Shown: positions 25,825-35,329, counted from the first letter of the stretch. The stretch: 64,000 bases of DNA from Planctomycetaceae bacterium UBA7805 (GCA_002480485.1 DLCF01000054.1:10569-74568); one strand, 5' to 3'. Numbers and translations are program-made. The notes: generated by a model from the sequence alone, not told the origin.

Positions 25825-27120
25825 TCAAGGCAACTTGAGTCCCTTAAGCCGGAAAGGGATCCGCCGCGTGGTGAATGCGGTGGGAACGGCGTAGACGAAT
25901 TGATAGGCAGCCATCGGTTCGGTGGGCTTAAAATGAAAGGCAAATCCAAAGGATTTTGCACCCTCGGCTGTCTGCTCGATGCGGATGGGCGAAATTGCAT
26001 TACCCGCTTCGTTTTCAAGATAGACAGCATTGCGTTGCATCCAATCTGTTCGATGAGACTCTAGCGCCTTCTCGGCATTTGCAATCGTTACACTAATCTC
26101 GATCACCCAATCATCTTTGCCGGGACGAATGCTCTGTAACGTGACCGTTGCACCCCCATTCTTTTTTTGCAGCACTTGTTTTTGCCCCAAATTTTCAAAA
26201 CGAAATGTTTCCCGCGTGCTTGGCAACAAACACTCCAATTCGCCGCTCAAAGTTGCGATCGATTGAATGTTGCTCTCAGGTAGGCGGAAGGGTAGCACAA
26301 AAATTGGCGCGGTACGGTCGACTGCGATCTCACTCTGGCCATTGCCTTTGCGAGCCAGTGCTTGTCCATTTTCGTCGGTAGCGGTGACCGTGTTGCGGAG
26401 TAATACCAACTGAATCGGGTTCAGTCGCGGTTCCCATAATGTTTCCACGTGAATCGTCAGTCCGTTGGCGTCGACGTCGCGATAGTTGCGTTCCGAAGCG
26501 ATTTGTGTCGCTTCGAATCGAAACCCATCGTGATAATCAACGGGCCCTGCGATGGCTCGTCGCGTCAAATCCCGTGCGATGAATGCAATCCCCCGAAGCG
26601 GTCGGCCATCTGAATCGACGGCGTAAGGATAGATTTGCATCTGCGATTTTCGCAGAATACGATCGATAGCTTCCCAGAAATTCAGGTCTTTGAAGTCGAC
26701 ACTCACCGGGATTTCAGTTTTTAATTGTCCCCGCACTGCGCGATAGTCTACGATCCGATTTCCCGAAATCAATTCTAGTTGCTTGATCAGGTCTGAGAGC
26801 GGCTGTGCCGATGCCTGCATGCTAACGCGACTCCCCGCGACACTCAGCCCCGCTTTTTGTGCCTCCAATTGGCGTTGAATGCGGCGTAGTCGCCGCGTGG
26901 CCTCAACCGGTAGCTGCGTTTCACCATGCGGAAGCAGCGGGATTATTGCCGGACCAAGTTCAAGTAACTGCTGTTCAGCCTGATCACGTTTTGTCAGGCG
27001 ATCCGCCGACAACTGCCGGGTTAGGGTGCGTACACGCGACTGAAGTGCTTCTTTTTCTACCGCGACAACGTCCGCTGTGATCAGCAGCAGGCCAATCAAT
27101 GCGTATCGAACAACTTGCAT
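25825..27120 (-). CDS. Secreted hypothetical protein, no family recognised
   Basis: ATG 27120 gives the signal peptide MQVVRYALIGLLLITADVVA. The ORF is long and uninterrupted. The track start at 27162 adds 14 polar residues. Confidence 0.55.
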   Translation of the reverse strand: MQVVRYALIGLLLITADVVAVEKEALQSRVRTLTRQLSADRLTKRDQAEQQLLELGPAIIPLLPHGETQLPVEATRRLRRIQRQLEAQKAGLSVAGSRVSMQASAQPLSDLIKQLELISGNRIVDYRAVRGQLKTEIPVSVDFKDLNFWEAIDRILRKSQMQIYPYAVDSDGRPLRGIAFIARDLTRRAIAGPVDYHDGFRFEATQIASERNYRDVDANGLTIHVETLWEPRLNPIQLVLLRNTVTATDENGQALARKGNGQSEIAVDRTAPIFVLPFRLPESNIQSIATLSGELECLLPSTRETFRFENLGQKQVLQKKNGGATVTLQSIRPGKDDWVIEISVTIANAEKALESHRTDWMQRNAVYLENEAGNAISPIRIEQTAEGAKSFGFAFHFKPTEPMAAYQFVYAVPTAFTTRRIPFRLKGLKLP

Positions 27121-27245
27121 GGTGTGTCTCGTGGATTGTGTGGCGGAATTGATCCTCACCAATAATCGCTATTTTAAGCCCCGCCGCGGTACGTTGCCAG
27201 ATTATCCCTATGCTCACTTATGGCAAGCCCTGGAGGCCACGCGAC

Positions 27246-28415
27246 CTAACGACTATTTTTTAAGCTTGCAAGAAACTGGACCAGATCAATCAGCTCTCTC
27301 ACGGTCAATTTTTTTTCAATTCCATCCGGCATGAGTGAGAGCGGTAGTTTGCGAAAACTCTCTATCTCGGCGTGTGAAAATGAACGGACAATGCCCTCGG
27401 CATCCTTGAGCGTTGTCCCGGTCGTATCGCGACTGAGAAGAATTCCCTTCTCAATTTTTCCATCGACCGTTACCACCTCATGATTTTCATAATTGTGGCT
27501 GATTGCCGCGCTCGGATCGAGGATCGACGTGTAAAGCACTTCCTTCGAGAGTTTGCTGCCAATCTCTGTAAGGTCGGGACCAATCTGTTTTCCCTCCCGA
27601 TCCACCTGGTGGCATCCAGCGCACTGTGCCTTGGAAAAAAAAAGGGTCCGGCCGTGCTCAGGATCGCCACTTCGGCCGACAAGGTCTTTCAATGGCGGCA
27701 GCGGATTCCCACCTGAAGTTTTCGGACGAGGAAGGTGTCGCGTGGCAATTTTGCGGTGCGCCGCAATTTCTGAACTATGTAACAGGTTGCCGACCGTAAA
27801 CGCGAGTTGCGGCGGAAGATTTCCTGAAGCGACCCATTCGGCAAGAAACTGTTCGCCCTCGGGCTGATCAGAAAGGGCAGTCGCGATTGCATTTAACGTT
27901 TCTACCGGTAAGACGCCCTTTTTAAGCGTCTCTACAAAATAAGCTTGCGTGTCGGCATCGCCGACACTTGCCAGCCCACGAACAGCTGCAACAGCTCTAT
28001 CGGTATCAGCATGTCGCGTTGTCTGCTCAAGCAATTCGCGTTTGTCGAATTGCACCAGCGTTTCGGCGGCCCACGTTCCCGGAGTGGTCCCGGGTCTGGA
28101 AAGCACGATCGCCAGCAGTTCGTTGCTCCGATCCTTCAACTTGAACTGCCGGACAAGTTGAAAATAGCGGGTCGTTCCCTGATTCGCACGCAGATAACGA
28201 TCGAGTTTTTCTATGAGATCGGGCCGGCCTCGGAGATTGAAGTCCGGCAATCGAAGGAGGGTTTCAGCGACCGAGCGATCCGCGAGTGAAACTCGTGCAT
28301 CCGGTCGTTCCGCACTCATAAGCGAACCGCTAATCAAAAGCATCAAAAAAGCGCAAACTGATCTTAAATGTCGCTTCAAAATACGCTGCAGCCGCATTGC
28401 CGAAGGAATAATCAT
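27246..28415 (-). CDS. Secreted HEAT-repeat protein with C-terminal PVC-type c-type heme-binding domain (CxxCH)
   Basis: Signal peptide VCAFLMLLISGSLMSA. Heme motif CAGCH within FFSKAQCAGCHQVDREGKQIGPDLTEIGSK. The start ATG overlaps the upstream stop (TAATG, 28413..28417). Confidence 0.75.
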   Translation of the reverse strand: MIIPSAMRLQRILKRHLRSVCAFLMLLISGSLMSAERPDARVSLADRSVAETLLRLPDFNLRGRPDLIEKLDRYLRANQGTTRYFQLVRQFKLKDRSNELLAIVLSRPGTTPGTWAAETLVQFDKRELLEQTTRHADTDRAVAAVRGLASVGDADTQAYFVETLKKGVLPVETLNAIATALSDQPEGEQFLAEWVASGNLPPQLAFTVGNLLHSSEIAAHRKIATRHLPRPKTSGGNPLPPLKDLVGRSGDPEHGRTLFFSKAQCAGCHQVDREGKQIGPDLTEIGSKLSKEVLYTSILDPSAAISHNYENHEVVTVDGKIEKGILLSRDTTGTTLKDAEGIVRSFSHAEIESFRKLPLSLMPDGIEKKLTVRELIDLVQFLASLKNSR

Positions 28416-31400
28416 TATTGCAGCAGACTTTGCAAAGCCTGCTTTTTCAATTCGGGGTTTTCCGTGTGAAAATCGAATGCGCGAAAATACCGTGGATGTT
28501 CCTCCGGCCCTGTTGTTTTGATCAACTCGGCCAACAGCGGCAATGCTGCTGCCGCGCGGCTTCGCCAGATGATGTCTCTACCGGCAGGTAAACGCCAATC
28601 GTCTCCCACTTTTTCCAGCCAAGCATCAAAGCACCGATTCCACTGCCCGTCCGCGGCAATGCCGAGGGCCTCTAGATACCACCGATCCTTTCCATCGTGC
28701 CTCAGAGCCAGTGAGGCCCATAGATCCGCTGCCGCCGGATCAGGATGGTGTCGTAAAGCCAGTAGGCACTCCCGACGAACCTGGGGACTAGGATCCCCAA
28801 GTCGATCCCGGATGATCGGCAGCACATCTCTCTGATCACGGCGTGCTGTCCGAATCGCAGTGGCACGGATTTCGGGATTTTCATCATTCAGTGCTTCGGC
28901 GAGCGCTTGCTCACCGATCTGCGGAATAGTGGTCAGGAGCCAAAGTGCCCGCGCTCGGAACCTCTGATTTTCATCCTGCCACAGCATTTTCAATGCAGGA
29001 GCGGCGGCCTTACCGAATTCTACAAGCCGTTGGTAGGCCATAAATCGCACTGCATTATTCGGATTTTTAAGCGCTTCGACCGCACCCTCCGGTGTGCTGA
29101 AATCGAAGACAGGCACTGAATATCCGCTTTCTGTTTGAGCTGTTTTTCTCCGAGGCACGATGCGGAAAATGCGTCCGCTATTCAAATCGGCGGCCTGATG
29201 TCCACCGACACCCGGATCCTGCCAATCGGCCACTAACAGTGAACCATCGGGGGCCACCGCCACGTCAGACGGTCGAAAGGCTGGATCACGCTCACCGCGG
29301 ATCAGATCGACAATATCAGCCTCGTAACCGGCGCCGCTCGATTTGACCGGATAGGCCCGCACGACGCGTGGACCGGCATCGCAGTGAATCATCTGATCCT
29401 GAAAAATCGATGGCAGTAGCCGCCCCTCGTAAACCGTGATTCCCGTTGGTGAACCCGCGCCGGTGTGGAGTAAGTTCGGCACCACGCCCGGGTCATTTTG
29501 ATGCCAGTGTTTTCTTTGCGGATTCTCACTCCGATTTGTCCGCACAATGTGCCAACCAGCGCCTGTCTTCTCTTCACGATAACCGTAGTTGCCAAATTCC
29601 ATCACATAATTGATCCTGACACCATAATTACCGTCATCATCATTGTCCGATTGCCAGAGTGTGCCGAAGCTATCGGGAACCACCATCCAATTGTTGCGGA
29701 AATTCCAGCCGAGGGTTTCTAGCCGAGAGCCATCGAGATTGCAGCGGAAGACCATGCCCTGTTGATAGGGCTTGCGTTGATCGACTACGCGATTTCCTGC
29801 CTGATCGATGCAGACGTTCCCGGTTGGATCTTTGAGTTGCATGCCGGCGTTACCGAAATTGAAGTAAAGCCGACCGTCAGGTCCGAAATAAAAAGCGTGG
29901 ATCCCGTGATCGTGTTGCCAACCGCCGATACCGGTGAAAAGCACTTCCTTTTGATCCGCCTTATCGTCTCGGTCGGTGTCGGTGAGGACGAAAACATTTT
30001 CACCGGCCGAGACGACAACGCGGTTATCCAGAACGCAAACTCCGTGCGGGGAATTAATATCGGTTCCCTGATAAAAGACTTTTTGTAGATCGGCCTCTCC
30101 GTCGTGGTCCGTGTCTTCAAGAATCAAGATTCGATCACCCGCTTCGCGACTTTTTCGTTTGCCGCGATAGTTCATCACCTCGCAAACCCAAACCCTGCCT
30201 CTATGATCAATGTCGATATTCGCAGGACTTGCAAGCAAAGGACTTGAGGCGAAGAGCGCAACATCCAGATCAGGATGCACGTCGAGGCCCTCCGTCTCTG
30301 GGGGTGGTTTTTTGGATCGGGGCACCGCTTGGGCACCCTGATCTACTTCCGGTTCGGCCGGTTTGGGAAGCAGGCCGCGGAGGTCTTCCTCGCTGAGTGA
30401 GTCAGACGAGACCCCATCAGTCGGGACCTCTGCTCCCGCGGTCCAGGTGATTGCGTTGAGGATCAGTTTTCGGACGTTTTCGTCGCCCCAATTCTGGTGA
30501 AAGTGTCCGCCAGTGTATCCGAAGCCCCGTCCGCGCCCCGCCTGTTCCGAGGCCCACGCGATGTGTTGCTTTTCCCCACGAGCAATTGCCGCTCGCACGT
30601 GCGGGTTGCCAGTGTGCGGCCCGTCCCCACCGCGGTCGAGCGTCTCGGTTGGAGGCAGATCACTGAGGATCGGAGTGATCCCGTCCAGATCATCGCGAAA
30701 GCGCATGTGGTAATAAAATTCGTCTCGGATGCCAAAGGGAGGCACGCCCCGGGTGATCGGATGCTCTGGAAGGGATTTAAAATCTGCAGTCCACACCGGG
30801 TTTACCGACCAGTGCGTCTCAAAGTGTCCTCCCGTCCAATCTAGAAATCGATCGCCTGCTTCGCCCTTCGGCACCTCGACGCCGTAGTGCATGCAAACAA
30901 TACCCACGCCCTTTTTGTGAAGGGCATCTACTTGCTCAAGATGGGGGATCACCGGATGGCGGGGCCCGCCATCGGCATAAAGTATGATCGTATCGGCGTT
31001 ATCCAGTGCCGATGGATCTTCAGGCCAACCGTCACGATACACGACCGCCTGCATTCCAGGCATGTTTTCGTTAAGGGCCGCTGCCAACAAAGTACAACCG
31101 GCGTTGTGCTCGTGTGTGCCCCGAGAATGTGAATCAGTTCCCGCGATAAAAACCGCCTTTTTCTTTCCGGCCAGCGGAAGCCGCTTAAGGCGAATATCTT
31201 TGAACTGCACCTCCATCGGAGGACCCTGGTGGAGCTGCAATGCTAAGATTCCATTCTTGCGCCCATAATCGTCGATAATTTCAGACATGATGACCCCGTT
31301 TATTTTGTGGGTCATGCGATTGCCTGAGGCAATGATTTCATATTCATTCCAACCTTTTTTATCGATGGCTCGCTGTAGCTCTGCGGTGTCGCCAAAAGTG

Positions 31401-31852
31401 CCGATCGGAACCGATTTTCCATCCTCTCCAACCCGAGTTTTAAGGCCCCGTCGCGCAAGGGTGCCGCGCCCACGTTCTTCATAGTGGGCACCGGACCAGG
31501 TGTCACCGGCTTCGAAATCGGCCTGATGGCCCGAGACGACGTGGTTGCCCAAGTCAGCCGACCGATATTGAATTCCCGAGTTCCCATCCGCGATCCTGTA
31601 TTTTAGCTTGAGGACGAAGTCGTCGACCTCGCCCTGCGTCCAAATTAGGAAGGTGTTGCTCTTGGTCGGGGTTTCAGCGGTTGTACGTCCCGTGATGGCA
31701 CCATCCTCGACGCTCCAAAATTTTTCGTTCCCGCTCCAGCCGGTCAGGTCACGACCATTGAATAGAGAGCGGAAATCGGCGTCATCGCCCGCCGGACATG
31801 AACTCGAGACCCAGAGGATCAAAAATGAAAAAGCGGTTACGCGAACGAGCAT
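28415..31852 (-). CDS. Giant secreted multidomain protein: DUF1080 + ThuA-like + beta-propeller 'membrane-bound dehydrogenase' domain + HEAT repeats
   Basis: DFRSLFNGRDLTGW (DUF1080), KKAVFIAGTDSHSRGTHEH (ThuA-like), ANIDIDHRGRVWVCEV and DWQDPGVGGH (propeller), DENPEIRATAIRTA / GDPSPQVRRECLLAL (HEAT). ATG 31852 has AAAGGAA upstream, whereas the track start at 31873 is TTG. Confidence 0.8.
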   Translation of the reverse strand: MLVRVTAFSFLILWVSSSCPAGDDADFRSLFNGRDLTGWSGNEKFWSVEDGAITGRTTAETPTKSNTFLIWTQGEVDDFVLKLKYRIADGNSGIQYRSADLGNHVVSGHQADFEAGDTWSGAHYEERGRGTLARRGLKTRVGEDGKSVPIGTFGDTAELQRAIDKKGWNEYEIIASGNRMTHKINGVIMSEIIDDYGRKNGILALQLHQGPPMEVQFKDIRLKRLPLAGKKKAVFIAGTDSHSRGTHEHNAGCTLLAAALNENMPGMQAVVYRDGWPEDPSALDNADTIILYADGGPRHPVIPHLEQVDALHKKGVGIVCMHYGVEVPKGEAGDRFLDWTGGHFETHWSVNPVWTADFKSLPEHPITRGVPPFGIRDEFYYHMRFRDDLDGITPILSDLPPTETLDRGGDGPHTGNPHVRAAIARGEKQHIAWASEQAGRGRGFGYTGGHFHQNWGDENVRKLILNAITWTAGAEVPTDGVSSDSLSEEDLRGLLPKPAEPEVDQGAQAVPRSKKPPPETEGLDVHPDLDVALFASSPLLASPANIDIDHRGRVWVCEVMNYRGKRKSREAGDRILILEDTDHDGEADLQKVFYQGTDINSPHGVCVLDNRVVVSAGENVFVLTDTDRDDKADQKEVLFTGIGGWQHDHGIHAFYFGPDGRLYFNFGNAGMQLKDPTGNVCIDQAGNRVVDQRKPYQQGMVFRCNLDGSRLETLGWNFRNNWMVVPDSFGTLWQSDNDDDGNYGVRINYVMEFGNYGYREEKTGAGWHIVRTNRSENPQRKHWHQNDPGVVPNLLHTGAGSPTGITVYEGRLLPSIFQDQMIHCDAGPRVVRAYPVKSSGAGYEADIVDLIRGERDPAFRPSDVAVAPDGSLLVADWQDPGVGGHQAADLNSGRIFRIVPRRKTAQTESGYSVPVFDFSTPEGAVEALKNPNNAVRFMAYQRLVEFGKAAAPALKMLWQDENQRFRARALWLLTTIPQIGEQALAEALNDENPEIRATAIRTARRDQRDVLPIIRDRLGDPSPQVRRECLLALRHHPDPAAADLWASLALRHDGKDRWYLEALGIAADGQWNRCFDAWLEKVGDDWRLPAGRDIIWRSRAAAALPLLAELIKTTGPEEHPRYFRAFDFHTENPELKKQALQSLLQ

Positions 31853-32140
31853 ACGATTCCTTTCTCTCAACAATGGTCAAAGGCCGTCAACGGATGGGTG
31901 ACTCGCAGTGTACAGTAAGTCTTTCCGAGTAACTTCAGGCGTCCGAATTGCATGTCACTTCATCTATACGCAAATTATAGGCGAAAACACCCATCTTTTC
32001 GCCCCGCCCAGGGGCCACAGCAAAATGCTATCATTTCTAGAGTTGCAAGCGGCCGGAGGGCAACACTATTTTTGTAAACCGCAGCGAGCAGATTACCGAA
32101 GTAAGCAAGGATTCTTTCACCTTTCGAAGCGGACTTTCGG

Positions 32141-32686
32141 ATGCAAAAATCAATTTCGTTTTCAATCGCCCTTGTCGCAGTGATGTTGTTGAACTCTGGT
32201 TGCACAAAGCAGCAAGCCGTGCCGTCCTATGATCCGGCCGCTCTGGCTGAGGCGAGGGAAAAGTTCTTGCTCGATCAGGAACCGGTTGGAGTCCAAGGCG
32301 TACTCGACGTACAGGAAGAATATGTCAAGCCGCACGACGTGGTTTTGGTCGGTCAAATTGGCGGAGTTGCCAATCCCTGGTCGCCCGGTAAGGCAGCTTT
32401 TATCCTTGCCGATCCGATCACGGTTTCTGAATTTTCAGAGACCGGCACTGAGCACATCTGCGATGATCCAGGTTGTAAATTTTGCCAGCGGCAAAAAATC
32501 AACAAGTTAAAGGAGGGGTTGGCAGCAGTCGAATTCCTGGCGACTGACGGCACAGTGGTGCCGATTGATGCTCGTCAGCTGTTTTCGGTCTCTGATCGCC
32601 AGATGGTTGTTGTAAGGGGCAAAGTCAAAGTCAACGATCTAGGTTGCCTGGTCGTCGCGGCCGACGGGCTTTATGTCCGACGGTGA
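32141..32686 (+). CDS. Probable lipoprotein with Cys cluster (HICDDPGCKFC)
   Basis: Signal sequence ends in AVMLLNSGC. There is one H/C-rich motif. No family recognised. Confidence 0.5.
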   Translation: MQKSISFSIALVAVMLLNSGCTKQQAVPSYDPAALAEAREKFLLDQEPVGVQGVLDVQEEYVKPHDVVLVGQIGGVANPWSPGKAAFILADPITVSEFSETGTEHICDDPGCKFCQRQKINKLKEGLAAVEFLATDGTVVPIDARQLFSVSDRQMVVVRGKVKVNDLGCLVVAADGLYVRR

Positions 32687-32745
32687 GCTAGGAGCCGAGT
32701 CGAGTCCAGAACATTTTTGACAGATTCTGTAGAAAGGTTTTAGTA

Positions 32746-33081
32746 ATGTTTTTTCCAGTTCGCGTATTGGCTCTGCTTCTCTTTGCCGCGTTGAGTTTTT
32801 CTGCTTTGACTGTTGAGGCTGCGGATGCCCCCTACACGTGGATTTTTGTCGAAGATATGCACTGCAGTAATTGCGCAAAAAAAATTGCCAGAAAACTCTA
32901 CAATGTAAGTGGCGTTGTAAAAGTTCAGGCGAACGTGCCAAAAGACTATGCGGTCGTGACGCCTCAGGAAGGAACGCAACTCTCGCCACGCGCACTGTGG
33001 GAGGCGGTAGAGCAGGCCAAATTTAAGCCGGTCAAATTGCAGGGGCCAAACGGCATTTTCACCAAGAAGCCGGAAAAATAG
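32746..33081 (+). CDS. Secreted heavy-metal-associated (HMA) domain protein
   Basis: Signal peptide MFFPVRVLALLLFAALSFSALTVEA. HMA beta-alpha-beta pattern with MHCSNCAKKIARKL (CxxC). Confidence 0.7.
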   Translation: MFFPVRVLALLLFAALSFSALTVEAADAPYTWIFVEDMHCSNCAKKIARKLYNVSGVVKVQANVPKDYAVVTPQEGTQLSPRALWEAVEQAKFKPVKLQGPNGIFTKKPEK

Positions 33082-33110
33082 TGTAAGACCCCAACAGCTC
33101 TCGCAGATTT

Positions 33111-33178
33111 CACGCTGTCATCACGCTGCCACAAAGCACGCTCCTGGCCTAATGGTCAAAGCTGTGTTACGCTGCCAC
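33111..33178. repeat. Three to four direct copies of CACGCTG(N)CA in the HMA-FKBP intergenic region
   Basis: CACGCTGTCA at 33111, CACGCTGCCA at 33122, CACGCTCC at 33137, and (T)ACGCTGCCA at 33168. Confidence 0.45.
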
Positions 33179-33269
33179 CACTGTACTCGGTCACTTTAGT
33201 TGTGGTATTTGGCGCTTTAGTGACCGGCACATTCTTGGCACGCAATTTCAAAGGAAGGTGGTGGTGCGG

Positions 33270-33731
33270 ATGCTCGCTTCTTATTTTCATACGGCAGTCC
33301 TGCCGGCGTTTATGAGCACAGTCATATTGGGAAGTCTGTTTGTGGGAGATTTACAAGCGGCCGAACCGGGACCGGCCGATGCTGATGCACCGAAAGAATT
33401 TACCGCTACTCCCTCAGGCCTAAAGTACAAGATTCTTCGCAAGGGAAATGGTCAAAAACCGCAAGCGAGTGACACAGTGAAGGTCAACTATCGCGGTTGG
33501 CTGGATAATGGAAAAGAGTTTGATAGCTCCTACAAACGGGGTGAGCCGATCAGTTTTCCGCTTAACCGCGTGATTCCCGGATGGACCGAAGGCATGCAAT
33601 TGGTCAGCAAAGGCGGCATGATCGAATTAGAGATTCCCGCTAAACTAGGCTACGGTAGTCGCGGCGCGGGCGGAGCGATTCCGCCGAACGCTCGTTTGCA
33701 CTTTTTGGTTGAGCTGATCGATATCCAGTGA
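33270..33731 (+). CDS. Secreted FKBP-type peptidyl-prolyl cis-trans isomerase
   Basis: GLKYKILRKGNG, VKVNYRGWLDNGKEFDSS, IPGWTEGMQLVSKGG, IPAKLGYG. ATG 33270 follows AAGGAAGG. The track start at 33258 is a GTG inside the SD. Confidence 0.85.
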   Translation: MLASYFHTAVLPAFMSTVILGSLFVGDLQAAEPGPADADAPKEFTATPSGLKYKILRKGNGQKPQASDTVKVNYRGWLDNGKEFDSSYKRGEPISFPLNRVIPGWTEGMQLVSKGGMIELEIPAKLGYGSRGAGGAIPPNARLHFLVELIDIQ

Positions 33732-33778
33732 GCGCTGGCTGGTTGCAATCGGCGATCGTTCTACGCGAAACGCATAAT

Positions 33779-34426
33779 TTAACCAGCCAATTGACGGATT
33801 AGCTGCTTCACTCGAGTGTACGGTGACTCTCCGTTATGAGGAGTGACCGTCTCGACGAGTTGACCCTGTTGGTCGTAGACCAAAATGGCGGGAATGCCAG
33901 CCAGTTTCAATGCGCGATAAACTTGATCGGCATCGTCGGTCATCAAGATGTTGTCGAAGGTTGCTTTTTGTTGCTCAAGAAATGATAGGACTCTGGGCAC
34001 TAGGCGGTCGATAGATTCGAGCCCTTGATTATCTATATTCAGGCTCATGCAAACGACCCCCTGCCTATCCTCCTCCTGGTTCAGCTCGACCAGGTGGTGG
34101 AAGTCTCGCATGCATGGCGGGCAGTAAGTCGCCCAGATGTCTACAACGACGATCTTACCGCGATGCTTGGCGATAAATTTTCCAAACTGCGAGAGGTTCA
34201 TTGGCTGCAGATCGACCTGGCCCGATTTACGTACACCGCGGGCCGTATCCTGATCGGTTGCTCGGGAGCCACAGCCACCGGTGGCTGTAAGAAGCGTTGC
34301 TAGAAGTGCAACAGATGCAAATGCATAAAAGACCGCCCCGCATCGCACGGGACGGTCTTTGTTGCTGCGTTGGCAATCTTTGGACAACTGGACGGACCGG
34401 CTGCTTAAAGAGTTACGCGCTTTCAT
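33779..34426 (-). CDS. TlpA-like periplasmic thiol:disulfide oxidoreductase (thioredoxin fold)
   Basis: WATYCPPC active site with a probable lipoprotein/signal region (LLTATGGC). The track start at 34552 overlaps the upstream gene by 107 nt, so ATG 34426 is used. Confidence 0.7.
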   Translation of the reverse strand: MKARNSLSSRSVQLSKDCQRSNKDRPVRCGAVFYAFASVALLATLLTATGGCGSRATDQDTARGVRKSGQVDLQPMNLSQFGKFIAKHRGKIVVVDIWATYCPPCMRDFHHLVELNQEEDRQGVVCMSLNIDNQGLESIDRLVPRVLSFLEQQKATFDNILMTDDADQVYRALKLAGIPAILVYDQQGQLVETVTPHNGESPYTRVKQLIRQLAG

Positions 34427-34445
34427 CGGTCGTTGCACTGCTCGC

Positions 34446-35036
34446 CTAGTTATTGAGGATCTTCTTGGTCCCGGCAACAACCGAAGCAATTCCTTTGCCG
34501 TCCACTTTTCCTTGGCCGAAAGATTGATTGTCTTTAACCTTGCCGTTGACATATGTCATGACAGTCACGTCGGCATCAGGCGATATGGCAAATCCTTCTG
34601 GTCCATTCGGTAAGTCTTTGGCTACGCAGATGGCGACGTTTTTAAATTCATGTTTTTTGGCAAACGCCTTGGCTGATTTTGCGGCTTTGTCAGCGTCTTT
34701 GCCGATGATGTTGACGAACGAGGCCATTTTTTTGTCGGAATTTGCAGCGACTGTCTCATCAATTTCTTGCACGAGTTTTGCAAGGTTCTCATCGGTGCTG
34801 CGGGCGAAAACCATGACCACCGGTTTGTTTCCCAGATAACAGCGATAGCAACCGGTCCAGCCGTCGGGTTTACCATCGTCTTGGGCACCGCCAGCCTTGG
34901 TAACATGGAACGCTGGCACGTAGTCACCTTCTTGAAGACCACTTTTGATCTCTTCTGCGACGACCATTCCCGCGATGAGGCCGGTCACCAGAAATAGGGC
35001 GAATACAAATTGGATTTTTTTCATCGTTTGCATCAA
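34446..35036 (-). CDS. Secreted redoxin/thioredoxin-fold-like protein with CxxC (CYRC)
   Basis: Signal peptide MKKIQFVFALFLVTGLIAG. GCYRCYLGNKPVVMVFAR resembles an AhpC/TSA-type layout. The family is unverified. Confidence 0.5.
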   Translation of the reverse strand: MMQTMKKIQFVFALFLVTGLIAGMVVAEEIKSGLQEGDYVPAFHVTKAGGAQDDGKPDGWTGCYRCYLGNKPVVMVFARSTDENLAKLVQEIDETVAANSDKKMASFVNIIGKDADKAAKSAKAFAKKHEFKNVAICVAKDLPNGPEGFAISPDADVTVMTYVNGKVKDNQSFGQGKVDGKGIASVVAGTKKILNN

Positions 35037-35329
35037 TGCGTCTCCTCAATCATGCACAAGTTAGTGAGCCGGTGTGTGTAACACATCGCTCGAATGCTCA
35101 TAAATCTACCGTGGGTAGAACTTAGCCATCTGGCCTAATTATATCGATGCGGTGCACCTGAATAAAAGGTCGAGGGAAAAAGAATCGCGTGGTGGGTTGG
35201 AAAAAACATCTGGACTTTGGCATACGCGGCCCTCTTGGCGACCAAGATAGTACCGCCACGCTATAAAATTCAGTATAATTCGGTCATTGAACCTATAAAT
35301 CTGGATCAGATCACAGGACGAGGAGAACG

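Noticed and set aside
31980-32003. Hairpin GGCGAAAA-N8-TTTTCGCC in the divergent region between the giant protein gene and the lipoprotein gene
   Set aside because: It is real in the sequence, but it is short, AT-rich and not at a 3' end, and there is no second copy or flanking motif to interpret it.
34427-34552. Long form of the TlpA-like ORF overlapping the upstream redoxin-like gene by 107 nt
   Set aside because: An internal ATG at 34426 removes the overlap and still precedes the signal/lipobox region.
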